Positions 23,164-35,120 of a stretch of 64,000 nt of DNA are shown here, one piece after another. Position numbers and translations under genes: made by a program. Within the stretch, counting starts at the first letter, position 1; every line of letters starts with the position of its first letter. The DNA comes from Rhynchopus sp. YZ270_cl-10 (lineage: Eukaryota). The notes beneath the pieces are model-generated. The model worked only from the letters and a program-made list of their open reading frames with translations, did no database searches and was not told the DNA's origin. The stretch spans positions 2,170,001 to 2,234,000 of the forward strand of contig OZ037835.1 in the NCBI GenBank assembly GCA_964035575.1, written 5' to 3'.

Positions 23164-24441
23164 GTTTTTTTCCCTCTTTTGTTTATCTTTTTATTTGCGT
23201 ACTTATTAGGATCCCCCAGTGGGACCCCTCTCTGCCTAGTCGTGGCTAGCGTTTGTCATGTTTGTCTGTTGCACACAAGACTGAGAAGCTTCCTCCTAAC
23301 GCGTGGAGCTTTATTTTTTTCAGCTTTGTTTGCAAGATTCGCATGACTTAGGGCACGGCAATGAGGCTTACGACGTCAAAAAAAATAAAAGAAAAGTCTT
23401 TTTCCGCTTTCTTTCTCGGAAGTGTAGCGAATGATTGCAGCTGATGAAGGAGAAGATTTATTTTTTTTTTACGTCGCTTTCAGTTACCTTTGTAGCCTCA
23501 TGCTATTGTCTTTTTTTTTAAAGGATCCTGAAAGAAAAATCGGGGTACGATACTATCCCTAGTACTAATCACCCCCCCTCATAATGTGCACACGCACCGA
23601 GGGGTGGGGGAGGGTTTAGTCTAAAACCAATCAATTTTTTTTTGGCAGCAGATCAACCCCTCTTGTGCGAAAACTACTTGAGTTGTGTTGTGATCACCAC
23701 AACGAATATGCTCTTTTTTTTTACAACAAATCTTAGCACCCTTCTTTTCTTTTCTTGTTTTTCGTTTCTTTTTTTTTTTACACCAAGGGTACCAGGGTTT
23801 TTGGGTGAAAACACAAAATTTCAAAAACCTGTTTTTACATCACACCCTCATACCCCTGGTAAATTTTACACCCAAGTCAAAGTGTCAAAATTTTTTCAGT
23901 AAAAATAAAAACAGCAGCGTGTTCCCACTCTGCTTCTTTCCCACAATGTAAAACCTTCTTCACTTTCTTGCGAGGCTCTAAAAACTAAGCACGAAAAGTG
24001 GTGTGGTCGGAACCAGGAATAATATGTACGGGCAATTCAGGTGTGTAAATATTTCCCGGTTCCCCCTGTTAGTAGAATCGTGGGGGGAATCGTATGGGGA
24101 ATATGGGTTCCCGATCACACCAGAGAGGAATTAGAGAGGTCATAGCCCAGGGCATTGTCTTTTTCTTATATAGTGTCCTGGTGCAGTAAAGAGGTGTGGA
24201 CCGCAGTGGTCTGGCGACCACAGTACACAGAAGCGAGGTTTTTAGGCCCGTTTTTCGGGCGAGCTTTTTTGTTAGTTAAAATAAACCTAGGTGACCTGCT
24301 TTGCATCCAAGAAGGTTTTCAAAATCCAAGCAAAATAAAAATAAAAAAGGAAGAAGAAAAACATATAGTGGAGCACACTCTAGGGTGGCTACACTAATAC
24401 AACCAAGTTTTCAAAAAAAAAAAAAAATAAAAAATAAAAAA

Positions 24442-26309
24442 GGGTGAAAGTCAAATGTATACACATATACACAGGGTTATAGTCAGATCTATACACTCAT
24501 TGTATATACAATTGTCAATTGTACATACAATTGTATAGAAATTGTATAGATCTGACTATTTGATGTACAATCCCAACTTTTTTTATAGTCAGATCTATAC
24601 AATTTATGTACAATCCCAGTATACACTAGGTCGTACACAAATTGTATAGATTTGACTATACAAAAGTCAGATCTACACAATTTTTGGATTGTACACTCGA
24701 GGGAGATTGTACACGCCATACCCAGGTACCCAGGTGCCCAGGTACCCAGGTACACGGTACACTGGATACAAGGATAAAAGTCGTGAAAGAGCAACCACAG
24801 CCAACCCGCCAGTCACTGAAAAGTGACCAGACAGTCCACTTGACAAACACAAAAGTGTCCGTCGCGTGGGGCATTCATGCACTGAGGAGATAATGATCCA
24901 ACAATTTACAAGAAAGATTACTTAACCTACTGCTGGAAATTGCCAGGTCGTAGTAACACACAAAGTGTGCCTCCGTTCGGGAATATCGGAGTTATAGAGT
25001 CCTAAAAGGCCTCAAGAATATCTTCCGGTAGTCAAGGTATAACCGAATGAACGGCCCAAGACCCCCGTGGAGAAGTTAAATGTTGTAATGATTTCAAGTA
25101 AAATGCGACCACTGTCTTACCCTCCTCAATGCATGGTGGAAGATGTCTTTCACAACAAATATCCTGTACCCAGGTACCCAAATTCCCAGACCCACGCAGT
25201 GGCACATGACCGCCAAGTGTGAGTGACCCACACATGAGGGAATGCGACACTACGCAAAATTTACCACCAGACCCTGTCTTCGTGCACCTGAAGTACAACG
25301 CCGCAGACAGGCCAAACATGCGTTGGACTCAGAGGAATCCCCGCTGTGCAGGTATCAAACGAACAACTCCCAGCAACAAGGGGCGCCTTTTGGCGGGCGT
25401 TGTTGAGGGTGTTTGGGGTGCAAAGTTTTCCACAATTTTGATGCGCGGGTACAGAAGTGTTGTCTTGTTCTTTCATCTCTAGGAATGTAAATGTCAATCG
25501 CGTTTAACTACCACGAGGGCTTGTTCAGTGAACCCACGAGGGGTCGAAGGGGGTTGGTTATCCCATATCTATCAAAGGTTGTGTCGACCAGGCGAATCCA
25601 CTATGTTACGCTGTACGTTGTTAAATCCGAAGAAATAACGCTTTAGCAGCCGCAGGAAGTAAGTAGTGCCTCACGCTACACAAACCACCACCCGCAATTG
25701 ACTTAGATGTTATAACAAAGAGAATTCAGAACAAAACAACACCCTGCCCCATACACACTAAATTGTCATGCTTTAAGAGCATGCCTGGGCCAAAATTACT
25801 TGACGAAAAGGCAACAAGACCACCCACAAGGAGTGTGAAATGTGCACTGGTTTTCTGGGGGAACGCAAGATTTTCTTGTGTCTAGTCCTCCGCGAGCAGA
25901 GGACAGACTTTCCGGAAGGTTTCCAAAGTCGAATTTCTTGCACTAGCTATGCTCCCTGGGTTAAATGGCAATAGCAGTGACTGACTTCTGAGAAAAATCG
26001 GGTGTGCGAAACCCAATTTCCATTTTTTGTGTATAGTCCTGTAGGGGTGGGTGTGTGTGTGGGTAGGTGGGTGGGTGTACTCTAAACTGTTTTCCACTAT
26101 GGGTAGGGATTTGTGTACGACCTAGTGTATACTGGGATTGTACATAAATTGTATAGATCTGACTATAAAAAAAGTTGGGATTGTACATCAAATAGTCAGA
26201 TCTATACAATTTCTATACAATTGTATGTACAATTGACAATTGTATATACAATGAGTGTATAGATCTGACTATAACCCTGTGAAAATGTGAAAACATTTGA
26301 CTTTCACCC
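24442..26309. mobile_element. DNA transposon with ~200-bp TIRs (Mutator-like by G-initiated long TIRs; no intact ORF)
   Basis: GGGTGAAAGTCAAATG...CAGGGTTATAGTCAGATCTATACAC... (24442-24642) mirrored almost perfectly at 26110-26309. TSD not resolved because another element abuts the right end. Confidence 0.85.
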
Positions 26310-26420
26310 AGGGCGTTCGCCCCGGGGCGAAAAATATTTTTTTTCGTTAAAAAAATCTTTTCCTGAAAAAATGACATTTTATTTCGCCCCAGGGCTTCGC
26401 CCCACCGGGGCGAAACCCTG
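26309..26420. mobile_element. Small MITE-like element
   Basis: CAGGGCGTTCGCCCC ... GGGGCGAAACCCTG imperfect TIRs. Confidence 0.6.
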
Positions 26421-27482
26421 TATAAATAAATAAATAAATAAAAAAAGGGGAAAAAAAAAAAAAAAAAAGAGAGAGAGAGATTTCTCCCCACCACCCTGTA
26501 GACCCCCCCGGAGGGGGGGTCGCAGAGGGGTGTCCACTGTACTCAAAATCATCCGCAAACCCGCCTGCCGTGAGAGGAAGTTTCCCCAGCACTCCCGCTC
26601 GCTCCTCAATCCTGCAGTCTGCTGAAGGTGCACCGTACCCCCTGTTATAGAAGGTGTCACTGCTCGTGTCAACTCTACCTTCAATGGCAGAGAGTTGAAA
26701 ATAATCAAAATAAGGATGAAGTCTCATATGACGGATGCCTCTCTCTTGTACATCTGTTTGATTAAACAACACAAAGAGACCCTCAGTGAGGGGGGATTGA
26801 TGAAATTCTCCATCGTTTTGCTGGTTTTAGTATCAGGAAAGTTCAGCTGTAATATCACTTGTGCTGGGGAAGGGATCACGCGCAAATCGCAAATTTTTTT
26901 TGACCATTCACCCCACGAACTAACTTCTCTCCGGCGGGAAAAATTTTTTTGACCTATTTTAAGCACCAGTAAAAAAACGAAAATTTCGGGGTTTTTGGTA
27001 TTTCGCCACGATCAGGAAAAAACGATGGCGATAGCGAACGCCCTGCTTTCACCCAATAAAAAAACAAAAAAAAAAACAAAAAAAAAAACAAAAAAAAACA
27101 AAAAATACAACAAAACAACAAAAACAACAGTGGAAGCTTTTTTGCAGATTATTTCCCACACCCACTATCCTACACTGCTTCAGACATAGTGAAGTCCAAG
27201 CAGTGGAGAGGTCATTTGCCGACGTGAGCAGCATACCTGAGCAGACCGTTGTCCACAGTACTCCTGCACGTTCCCTCTTCTTATTCACTGCGAAGGACGT
27301 GGTGGTTTTCCTCTCAACCGCACCTGGTCACGTTTTTGTGCTCACACGACCTCCACTGCTTTCCTCCACACACTCTGTTCCTTCTTCCCACCACGATTGC
27401 CTCCTTCAGTGTTCTGAGGTCCACAGCCCCAACTCCCACAACCCCACCACACAACAAAGCAACACAAAGAATAGAAGACAAA

Positions 27483-28841
27483 ATGGAAGTAGTTATCAAG
27501 GACTGTGCAGGCAACTTGTTCATGGTCGAGGTGGGTGTGGATGACACAACGGAGACGATGCGGCAGAAGGTGGCGTCTGCAGTGGGGTTGGCTGAGGACA
27601 GCTTCCACATGGGCTTCGGAGGGAAGGACGAAGGAGAGGACATCACGCAGCTGAGTGCTGGAGACACAATCATCCTGACGAAAAGTAAGAAGTTCGTGGC
27701 CAGAGCAGCACTTCATGCGTTGGGTGAGAGGGACATCACAGCAGAGAGGCTGGTGACTGTGGAGGATCCTGAGGTGGCGTGTTTGCTTCTGCAGGCGGAG
27801 GTTGCGACTGTCATTCCGAAAGGATTCTTGTCGGGTTCATCGTTAACGAGACTTGATCTGAGTGCTGTGTCGTGTGTGACGGAAGTTGGTGACGATTTCC
27901 TTCACCTGTGCACAACGTTAACAAGCATCGACCTGTCAGGGTTGACACGTCTCACGCGGGTGGGTACCAACTTTCTTGACAACTGCAGAAGCCTCACAGC
28001 AGTGGACTTATCGCCACTTCGCAATGTTACTCACATTGATGGCCGGTTTCTTGCCAGCTGCCGCAGCCTCACAGTAGTAGACTTAGCGCCACTTCGCAAT
28101 GTTACTCATATTGATGGCAAGTTTCTTTTCAAATGCCGCAGCCTCACAGCAGTGGACTTATCGCCACTTCGCAATGTTACTCACATTGATGGCGAGTTTC
28201 TTAACTGCTGCACCAGCCTCACAGTTGTGGATTTATTACCACTTCGCAATGTTACTCACATTGGTCCACACTTTCTTGACAGCTGCAGCAGCCTCACAGC
28301 AGTAGAGTTATCACCACTTCGCAATTTTACTTACATTGATGACGGGTTTCTTGCCAACTGCAGAGGCCTCACCGTTGTGGACTTATCGCCACTTCACAAT
28401 GTCACACACATTAGTGCGATGTTTCTTAGCGGTTGCAGCAGCCTCACAGCAGTAGACCTATCACCACTTCGCAATGTTACTCATATTCATGACCGGTTTC
28501 TTTCCTACTGCATCAGACTCACAGTAGTGGACTTATCACCACTTCGCAATGCTACACACATTAGTGAGAATTTTCTTGATGGTTGCAGAAGCCTCACAGA
28601 ACTAGATTTATCACCACTCATCAATGTTACGCACATGGGTGAGCTACGTCCGGGCATCAACGGCCCTTCATTGAGGAGCATCCACCTTGGCGGCTGCAGC
28701 AGTGTTGTGTCCAGTCGAGTACGTGAAGGCGAGCTGAAGGAGTATGTGGTTGAAGCACGTCCACCTCCACCTCCACCTCCACCTCCGACACATGGCAGAG
28801 AGAATACGAAAGAAGACGTACATTGCTGCAGTGTTTCGTAA
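27483..28841 (+). CDS. Ubiquitin-like domain + 25-aa (BspA/TpLRR-like) leucine-rich repeat protein, 452 aa, C-terminal CaaX (CCSVS)
   Basis: N-terminus MEVVIKD..FMVEVGVDDTTETMRQKVASAVGL..MGFGGK..LSAGDTIIL has a ubiquitin-fold pattern. About 11 repeats LTxVDLSPLRNVTHIxxxFLxxCxS, a polyproline stretch, and ends HCCSVS*. Confidence 0.85.
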   Translation: MEVVIKDCAGNLFMVEVGVDDTTETMRQKVASAVGLAEDSFHMGFGGKDEGEDITQLSAGDTIILTKSKKFVARAALHALGERDITAERLVTVEDPEVACLLLQAEVATVIPKGFLSGSSLTRLDLSAVSCVTEVGDDFLHLCTTLTSIDLSGLTRLTRVGTNFLDNCRSLTAVDLSPLRNVTHIDGRFLASCRSLTVVDLAPLRNVTHIDGKFLFKCRSLTAVDLSPLRNVTHIDGEFLNCCTSLTVVDLLPLRNVTHIGPHFLDSCSSLTAVELSPLRNFTYIDDGFLANCRGLTVVDLSPLHNVTHISAMFLSGCSSLTAVDLSPLRNVTHIHDRFLSYCIRLTVVDLSPLRNATHISENFLDGCRSLTELDLSPLINVTHMGELRPGINGPSLRSIHLGGCSSVVSSRVREGELKEYVVEARPPPPPPPPPTHGRENTKEDVHCCSVS

Positions 28842-29142
28842 AGAGCGACAGGAGAAGCTAGGCAAGGAACGTAGAGCAGCTCCGCTGTGACAGCTGCTTC
28901 ACTCAGCTGCGCAACTCGCTCAGGTGTGCCTTCGAATATCGCCGCCCCTTTGGTCGAGGAGGCATCTGACCAGGCTGTCGCCCATCTCGACGGCAGCGGC
29001 CTCACCCACGCATTCTCCTTCAGGATCTCCAAACGCTGGCTGTTCTCTCTGGGCTGACAGCGGGGGGTGTGGTTCTGGGCTTGTCCCATTCAGACGTCGG
29101 TGTGAGTCTTAGAAGACAGTGTGTTAATGAGAGTCAGCACAA

Positions 29143-29686
29143 TAAAAACAATGGAAGCTTTTTTGCAGATTATTTCCCACACCCACTATCCTACACTGCT
29201 TCAGACATAGTGAAGTCCAAGCAGTGGAGAGGTCATTTGCCGACGTGAGCAGCATACCTGAGCAGACCGTTGTCCACAGTACTCCTGCACGTTCCCTCTT
29301 CTTATTCACTGCGAAGGACGTGGTGGTTTTCCTCTCAACCGCACCTGGTCACGTTTTGTGCTCACACGACCTCCACTGCTTTCCTCCACACACTCTGTTC
29401 CTTCTTCCCCACCACGATTGCCTCCTTCAGTGTTCTGAGGTCCACAGCCCCAACTCCCACAACCCCACCACACAACAGAGCAACACAAAGAATAGAAGAC
29501 ACCATGGGTTGTAACGATCAAGGGGTACGATGACACCTCGTATGCGATCGAGGTGGGTGTGGATGACACAACGGAGACGATGCGGCAGAAGGTGGCGTCT
29601 GCAGTGGGGTTGGCTGAGGACAGCTTCCACATGGGCTTCGGAGGGAAGGACGAAAGAGACGACGTCACGCAGCTGAGTGCTGGAGA
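29143..29686 (+). pseudogene. Truncated duplicate of the 5' flank and UBL part of the UBL-LRR gene
   Basis: Copy of ~27120-27666. Frameshifted just after ATG 29504 and breaks off after GCTGAGTGCTGGAGA. Confidence 0.85.
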
Positions 29687-30430
29687 GCCAGTTGTGGCGA
29701 GAGTGGGCGGGAGTGACGCTGCGTGGTGCGCTGTCGTCTGCAGCGTCTGCAGCGACGACGGACGGGTTTGCAGGGTGGGTCTGGGTACCTGCTTGGTGCT
29801 TCACTGGGGACGGGGTCGTAGCCTCGCTCAATAGGCTGGTAGAAGTGAGAAGTGGGCTATAGTTCGTTCACTCTAAATTCGTTATCAAACAAACCACACC
29901 ACACCACACCACCCACGTCCTGGGCTGGACGTTAAATAGCATCCGGGGGACATTACACCGAGTGTGACGCCTGAAGTTCTATGACGGTTTACCTGAGGAT
30001 GGAAAGTAGGGGCAGCTCCGGAATGCCAAGACTAGAGCCCTTGGCATGATGATGGACCAGGTGAGTGACGCCACCTCCTCTTCAGCGAGTTGGGGGTCGC
30101 AAGGATCGTTTAGATCCTCGCTCCCCCGGTTGGTATATGATGAGCAGCAATTCTAAAGTACACACCTACCCTAGCCACTTCCTCAGTGGCACAAACTGTT
30201 CGAGATAGAGACAGTCACAGGCGCACTGATTTTCCGAAAGTTGGAATCTCAGACAAAACGTCGTCATACCGCCATAAACACAGGCTTGGCAATACCTGAT
30301 AGTAGGCAGGGGGGCGTAGTTTGTGGCTAAACTTTGTAAGTGCGGCCTTGATTTGATTAGCACGAATTACCTTTGGGAAACTGATATCCACACCACACAT
30401 CCCCAGACAGGCACTCTTCCCCTCTGCATA

Positions 30431-33028
30431 ATGGTGTCATGCGGCATCCAGTCGCTGACAGTGCTGTTGTGTGTGGTGCTGATTCTGTCAACAGGTGCGA
30501 TCATCGGTGGCTTCACTTTGTCAACATGGGACGACCTTCTGGAGAAGGCACGTGACACAGGTGACGAGGGCTTTGGGATGTGTCTCGACAGTGGTACGGC
30601 GGACATCGAAACAGTCTCGGCACGCTACCTGCGCTCCGTCCTTGGCAACGTGGACACTGCGGTGACGGAGTACCTGAAGGTGCCTGAGCAGCTCGTGGTG
30701 TCGCTGGCCACCCTGGCGAAGGCACACCACCCAAACGTCAGCACGAGCCCCGACTTTGGTTCAGTAATGCGTCCTGCAGTCTTGTCTGCTTTTGTGGCTG
30801 GGATGACGTCTGGGGTTTTCGAGATCTCTCACGAAGCGTACCCGTGGTGTGTGGCACATCCTGTTCCGTGGAAGAGGGGCGACGGGTTTGCAGGGTGGGG
30901 CTCGCAGTTCTCTATTTTTTCCAATCAATCTCTGCCTAATGGCACTACAATCTTCGTGGTGTTCGAGACACGTGACCACATAACGCTGTCGTATGGACTG
31001 AGTGACTGGGCGCTCTTCACGGAAGTCGACTCGCTGGGAAACGCCAAGTACGTCTCTGAGCCATGCAATGTGAGTCCTGACTACAGCAAAGGTGAGGTAC
31101 AAGGGATGTGCCTATTCCCCCTAGCGGTGAGTGAGCCGTTTCCGGCGAGCGACCCGATGGTTGCCCAGCGTGGGAGACAGATGTACTACCTGGGTGCCGA
31201 CGAGCCACCCCTGAACCCTGCAGACACGCTTGTCTACGCACAGCTGCAACTTCAGTATGACAGCATGATATGGGACCTCAGCTACACCTACACCCACCCA
31301 GATATGTACATGATGCACCCCAAGCAGGGCAAGCGTGTGGGTTGCGTCAGCGCCACGGTGACTGCGGACGGGGTGACCGACGCAGTGCGTGCACAGCTGC
31401 TCCCGACGGACACTTCGCTGTACCTGGTGGAGGAGGACCGTGCATCGGGCTCAGTGGGGACAGTTGTCGCGTACAACAGAGGACGGCTGCTTTGGACGGT
31501 GCCCACGTTATCCCCACGGGGCATCATTGACATGGCGATTAGCTTCAACATAACGAACCACTCGATGGAAGACACCACGTCGCACATCCCCTCAGTGATT
31601 GCAGAGCACGGGCGGTTTGTGTTCACACACCCACAGAACTACAGAGACCTTGTGGAGATGACAGAGAAGTCCTTCGTGAAGTGGAATGACTCGAACGGCA
31701 CGGAGTACTGGACAATGACGTCGACAATCGAACACAGAACGATCTTGTGGTACGCGAACCTTCTTGTGCCGAGGGTGTCTGTGATGGAGACGATTGATGC
31801 GTCGACGAATGCAATCCGTGCGAAGGTGGCATCAGATCTGTCCTCTGCAGACGCACAGAAGGAGGATGCGGTGATTGTGATGGTGGTGGTTACGGGTGTG
31901 GCGATTGCAGTGCTGCTGACCATTGCTGTTGTGTTCACACGCTACATCACGTCCCCTCTGCTGAAGCTTGGGAGTGAGATGGCAAGTGTGGCTGTGATGG
32001 ACCTGGAGGCTGTGGACACGGGCCGTGCAGTGTCGCAGCTGAGTGAAGTGGGGATGATGCAGCGCAGCTTTGTTACCATGGTGGCGAACCTGGTGGAGTA
32101 CCGGAACTACATGCCGCAGAGTGTGCTTGTCAACGACAGTGAGCAGGAGGTGTGTGACACAGACACCATTCAGGAGGAGACATCCAATTCAGGTACGTTT
32201 TCGCATTCAGATGAAACACCCTCCGAGGCTGTGATGCAGAACCAGAAGGCACTGCTGCGTGTGGACGGGATGAAGAAGAAGAAGGTGTCGCTGGCACACA
32301 TGAACGTCGTGTCGTGGCACGCCTTCATCCAGAAGCACAAGGACGCAGAGGTGCTCTCCGCACACGGTGGTGTGATTGAGAGGATCCTGACAGCAGTGCA
32401 GCACCAGAGGGGTGTGTGCGACACGTTTGCTGGGGACAAGATGCTTGCCACCTTCAACGCCTTTGTTCCGAGCGCGTCGCACCGTGTTGCTTGTGTGCAG
32501 GCTGCGCACAATGCAGCAAAGGCACTTGGTGATGTGCACAAGATCTCGTACGGTTGCACGACAGGCGAGGCACGTGTCGGGAACATGGGCTGCAACGGGA
32601 TGAAGAAGGTGTCAATTCTTTCGCAGTCCATGTCGTGGGTGGTTGTGCTTGAGCGTTGGAACAGAATGAACGACCTGCCTGGTGTCATTGACCACAACAC
32701 ATCACGTGCGGTGGAAGGACAGGTGGTACTGCGTTGTGAAGGTGCTGTGCTGTACGAGAAGCTGAATGACAAGGCACAGGTTGTGTACGCAGTGAAAGGG
32801 TTGCTCAAGATGAAAAACGAGGAGTGGATGTACCAGCTGGAAGCCTTAGCACAAAGCAACCCTCATGCACTGTGGAACGAGGCTTTTGCACACATCATCG
32901 CACAGGAGTTTGGCCAGGCTGCTTTCGTGCTTGACAGCATAGGTGCAGAGCAACGGCAGCAATATGAAAAGCTTGTGGGGCATGTGAAGGAGCAGGCTTA
33001 TGCTCCTTACACTGTGTGTATGTACTGA
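30431..33028 (+). CDS. Receptor-type class III cyclase-like protein: TM, large extracellular sensor, TM, HAMP, degenerate cyclase domain (865 aa)
   Basis: TMs at SLTVLLCVVLILSTGAIIGGFTL and VIVMVVVTGVAIAVLLTIAVVF. HAMP-like ITSPLLKLGSEMASVAVMDLE..SEVGMMQRSF. Cyclase remnants RGVCDTFAGDKMLATFN and GEARVGNMG, but the first Asp and the NxAxR motif are absent. Confidence 0.85.
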   Translation: MVSCGIQSLTVLLCVVLILSTGAIIGGFTLSTWDDLLEKARDTGDEGFGMCLDSGTADIETVSARYLRSVLGNVDTAVTEYLKVPEQLVVSLATLAKAHHPNVSTSPDFGSVMRPAVLSAFVAGMTSGVFEISHEAYPWCVAHPVPWKRGDGFAGWGSQFSIFSNQSLPNGTTIFVVFETRDHITLSYGLSDWALFTEVDSLGNAKYVSEPCNVSPDYSKGEVQGMCLFPLAVSEPFPASDPMVAQRGRQMYYLGADEPPLNPADTLVYAQLQLQYDSMIWDLSYTYTHPDMYMMHPKQGKRVGCVSATVTADGVTDAVRAQLLPTDTSLYLVEEDRASGSVGTVVAYNRGRLLWTVPTLSPRGIIDMAISFNITNHSMEDTTSHIPSVIAEHGRFVFTHPQNYRDLVEMTEKSFVKWNDSNGTEYWTMTSTIEHRTILWYANLLVPRVSVMETIDASTNAIRAKVASDLSSADAQKEDAVIVMVVVTGVAIAVLLTIAVVFTRYITSPLLKLGSEMASVAVMDLEAVDTGRAVSQLSEVGMMQRSFVTMVANLVEYRNYMPQSVLVNDSEQEVCDTDTIQEETSNSGTFSHSDETPSEAVMQNQKALLRVDGMKKKKVSLAHMNVVSWHAFIQKHKDAEVLSAHGGVIERILTAVQHQRGVCDTFAGDKMLATFNAFVPSASHRVACVQAAHNAAKALGDVHKISYGCTTGEARVGNMGCNGMKKVSILSQSMSWVVVLERWNRMNDLPGVIDHNTSRAVEGQVVLRCEGAVLYEKLNDKAQVVYAVKGLLKMKNEEWMYQLEALAQSNPHALWNEAFAHIIAQEFGQAAFVLDSIGAEQRQQYEKLVGHVKEQAYAPYTVCMY

Positions 33029-34679
33029 GGTTCGTTGGATTTATTCTTGACACGAAGCGCGAGTTTGTGCGATGCAGATGTACATGTGTTGACTGTCAGC
33101 CCTGTTGCGACTGACGTGGCGGGTTTTACACCTCCAGGTCTTTTCTTTGCCAGGTTTTCCGTAAGGGTTGGTCTTCTGAACAACCCTTTTTTTCTCCTCT
33201 TTTTGTGAAGCAGGCTGTATTCAGGGTGCGCTGCTGTCCAGCCAGCCTTCCTGCGCTAAATATTGTATGTTCGTTGACAGCAGTTGTGGGTGGTTCGTGA
33301 GAGCACAACTGTGTTTGGTGTTTTCTGTTCCGTTCTTCATTAGGTATATGCCACTTATTCATTATTGCACATCGTTGTTGCTGTTGTTCTTGCACCTGAT
33401 AATTTACTTTCTTTTGTCATAATATGCAGATGTGTTCAGCAAACGTCACCCTCTCCCCATTTTCCCATTTCACAATTTCTGACCTGATTCCGCCAGTACT
33501 ACACACGTTATCGAAGTCACTTTGCAAAAACCTTGGACAAGCTGGACGTGTCCGGCCATGTCACCAAATTGGTCCTCAGTGAGTGCGCAACGACATGTTT
33601 TTTCAGCAAAAGGGCTGCCTACCTGCGCTATCCATAATACGTGCGCATGAGTGCTCCTCAATGTGTACGGCTACCTACAAAGGAAGCGTCTTTGGTGAGG
33701 TGGTGTTTTTCTTTGACCATGTTCACCCACTACAGCCCCAACTCCCACAACCCCACCACACAACAGAGCAACACAAAGAATAGAAGACAAAATGGAAGTA
33801 GTTATCAAGGACTGTGCAGACAACTCGCATGTGATCGAGGTGGGTGTGGATGACACAACGGAGACGATGCGGCAGAAGGTGGCGTCTGCAGTGGGGTTGG
33901 CTGAGGACAGCTCCACATGGGCTTCGGAGGGACGAAGGAGACGACATCACGCAGCTGAGTGCTGGAGACACAATCATCCTGACGAAAAGTAAGAAGGGGG
34001 CAATTAACGTCTGACCAACCGCCAAGTGGGGCCCCTGGACGCCGTGTTCGCATGGTACTGAGTCAGCGTGGGCGGCCGCCTCTCCAATGATGGATTCGCT
34101 CGGGACCGGAGGAGGAACAAGCCGATGTGGGAACCCTGGTTATTAATACAACATCACAGTCAATTTCGGGCAGATCACCAGCTTATGTAGGCTACGCAAA
34201 CCCCTTCGGAGGGGTTTCAAGGATCTGTTACCTGTGCGGTGACTGGGAGTGTGTTGATGCCGATGAGGGGATCCCAGGTACAAGAAGGAAGCGTTGCCGG
34301 TGTCTCTACTGGTGACGGAATATTGTTGCTGTTCCTGTGTTGTCGTTTGACCGCATGGGAACGTTGTGTTGCTTTGTTGGTGCGTACACTGTATGTGAAA
34401 CAACTGTGGATCAGCAGGTACGTGCTCTTGTGTATTCAGTGTGGTGTGTTGTAGTTTTGTTCAGTTCAGTTCAGTTTTCATCTTTTTGCCGTAGTAGAAT
34501 TCTTGTGTTATGTGTTTAACCTCAGGCTGTGTACACCGTAGTGAAACATCTGTGGATCTGCAGGTGCGTGCTCTGTCGTTAATTCAGTGTGGCATGTTGT
34601 AGTTTTTGGTCTGTTTTTACGTTTTTTATACGTTAGTAGAAGAAGGGATCTGCGAACATTCATTCGCAGGTGGGTACAA

Positions 34680-35120
34680 GTTGTCGCCGTGGCATTCAGC
34701 TACGGTGCAGAAGAAGTAGTAGGGCAGACCAACGTCTGTGCTAGAAGGAAGAGGTTAAACTTTCAGGGTGTATGCACTCTGCAGGTACATGCTCTGTTGT
34801 TTTCCAATGTGTTTGTTTTTGTTCTATTTTCACGTGCTTTGGTACGTTGGAGATGAGGGAGTTGTCGCCGTGGCATTCAGCTACGGTGCAGAAGAGGCAG
34901 TAGGGCAGACCAACGTCTGTGCTAGAAGGAAGAGGTTAAACTTTCAGGGTGTATGCACTGTACGTGAAACAACTGTGGATCTGCAGGTACATGCTCTGTT
35001 GTTTTCCAATGTGTTTGTTTTTGTTCTATTTTCACGTGCTTTGGTACGTTGGAGATGAGGGAGTTGTCGCCGTGGCGTCCAGCTACGGTGCAGAAGAGGC
35101 AGTAGGGCAGACCAACTACC
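34680..35120. repeat. ~180-200 bp tandem repeat, ~2.3 copies
   Basis: GTTGTCGCCGTGGC..CAGCTACGGTGCAGAAG at ~34680, 34861 and 35063. Confidence 0.85.

Noticed and set aside
26500..26920. Minus-strand FADDF motif suggesting reverse transcriptase
   Set aside because: No other RT motifs recognisable in register; too weak to call.
29915..30390. Complex sequence between CCACACCAC repeats, with RYDD and faint 16S-like words
   Set aside because: RYDD is not a YxDD motif and the rRNA-like words are too short. Identity unresolved.
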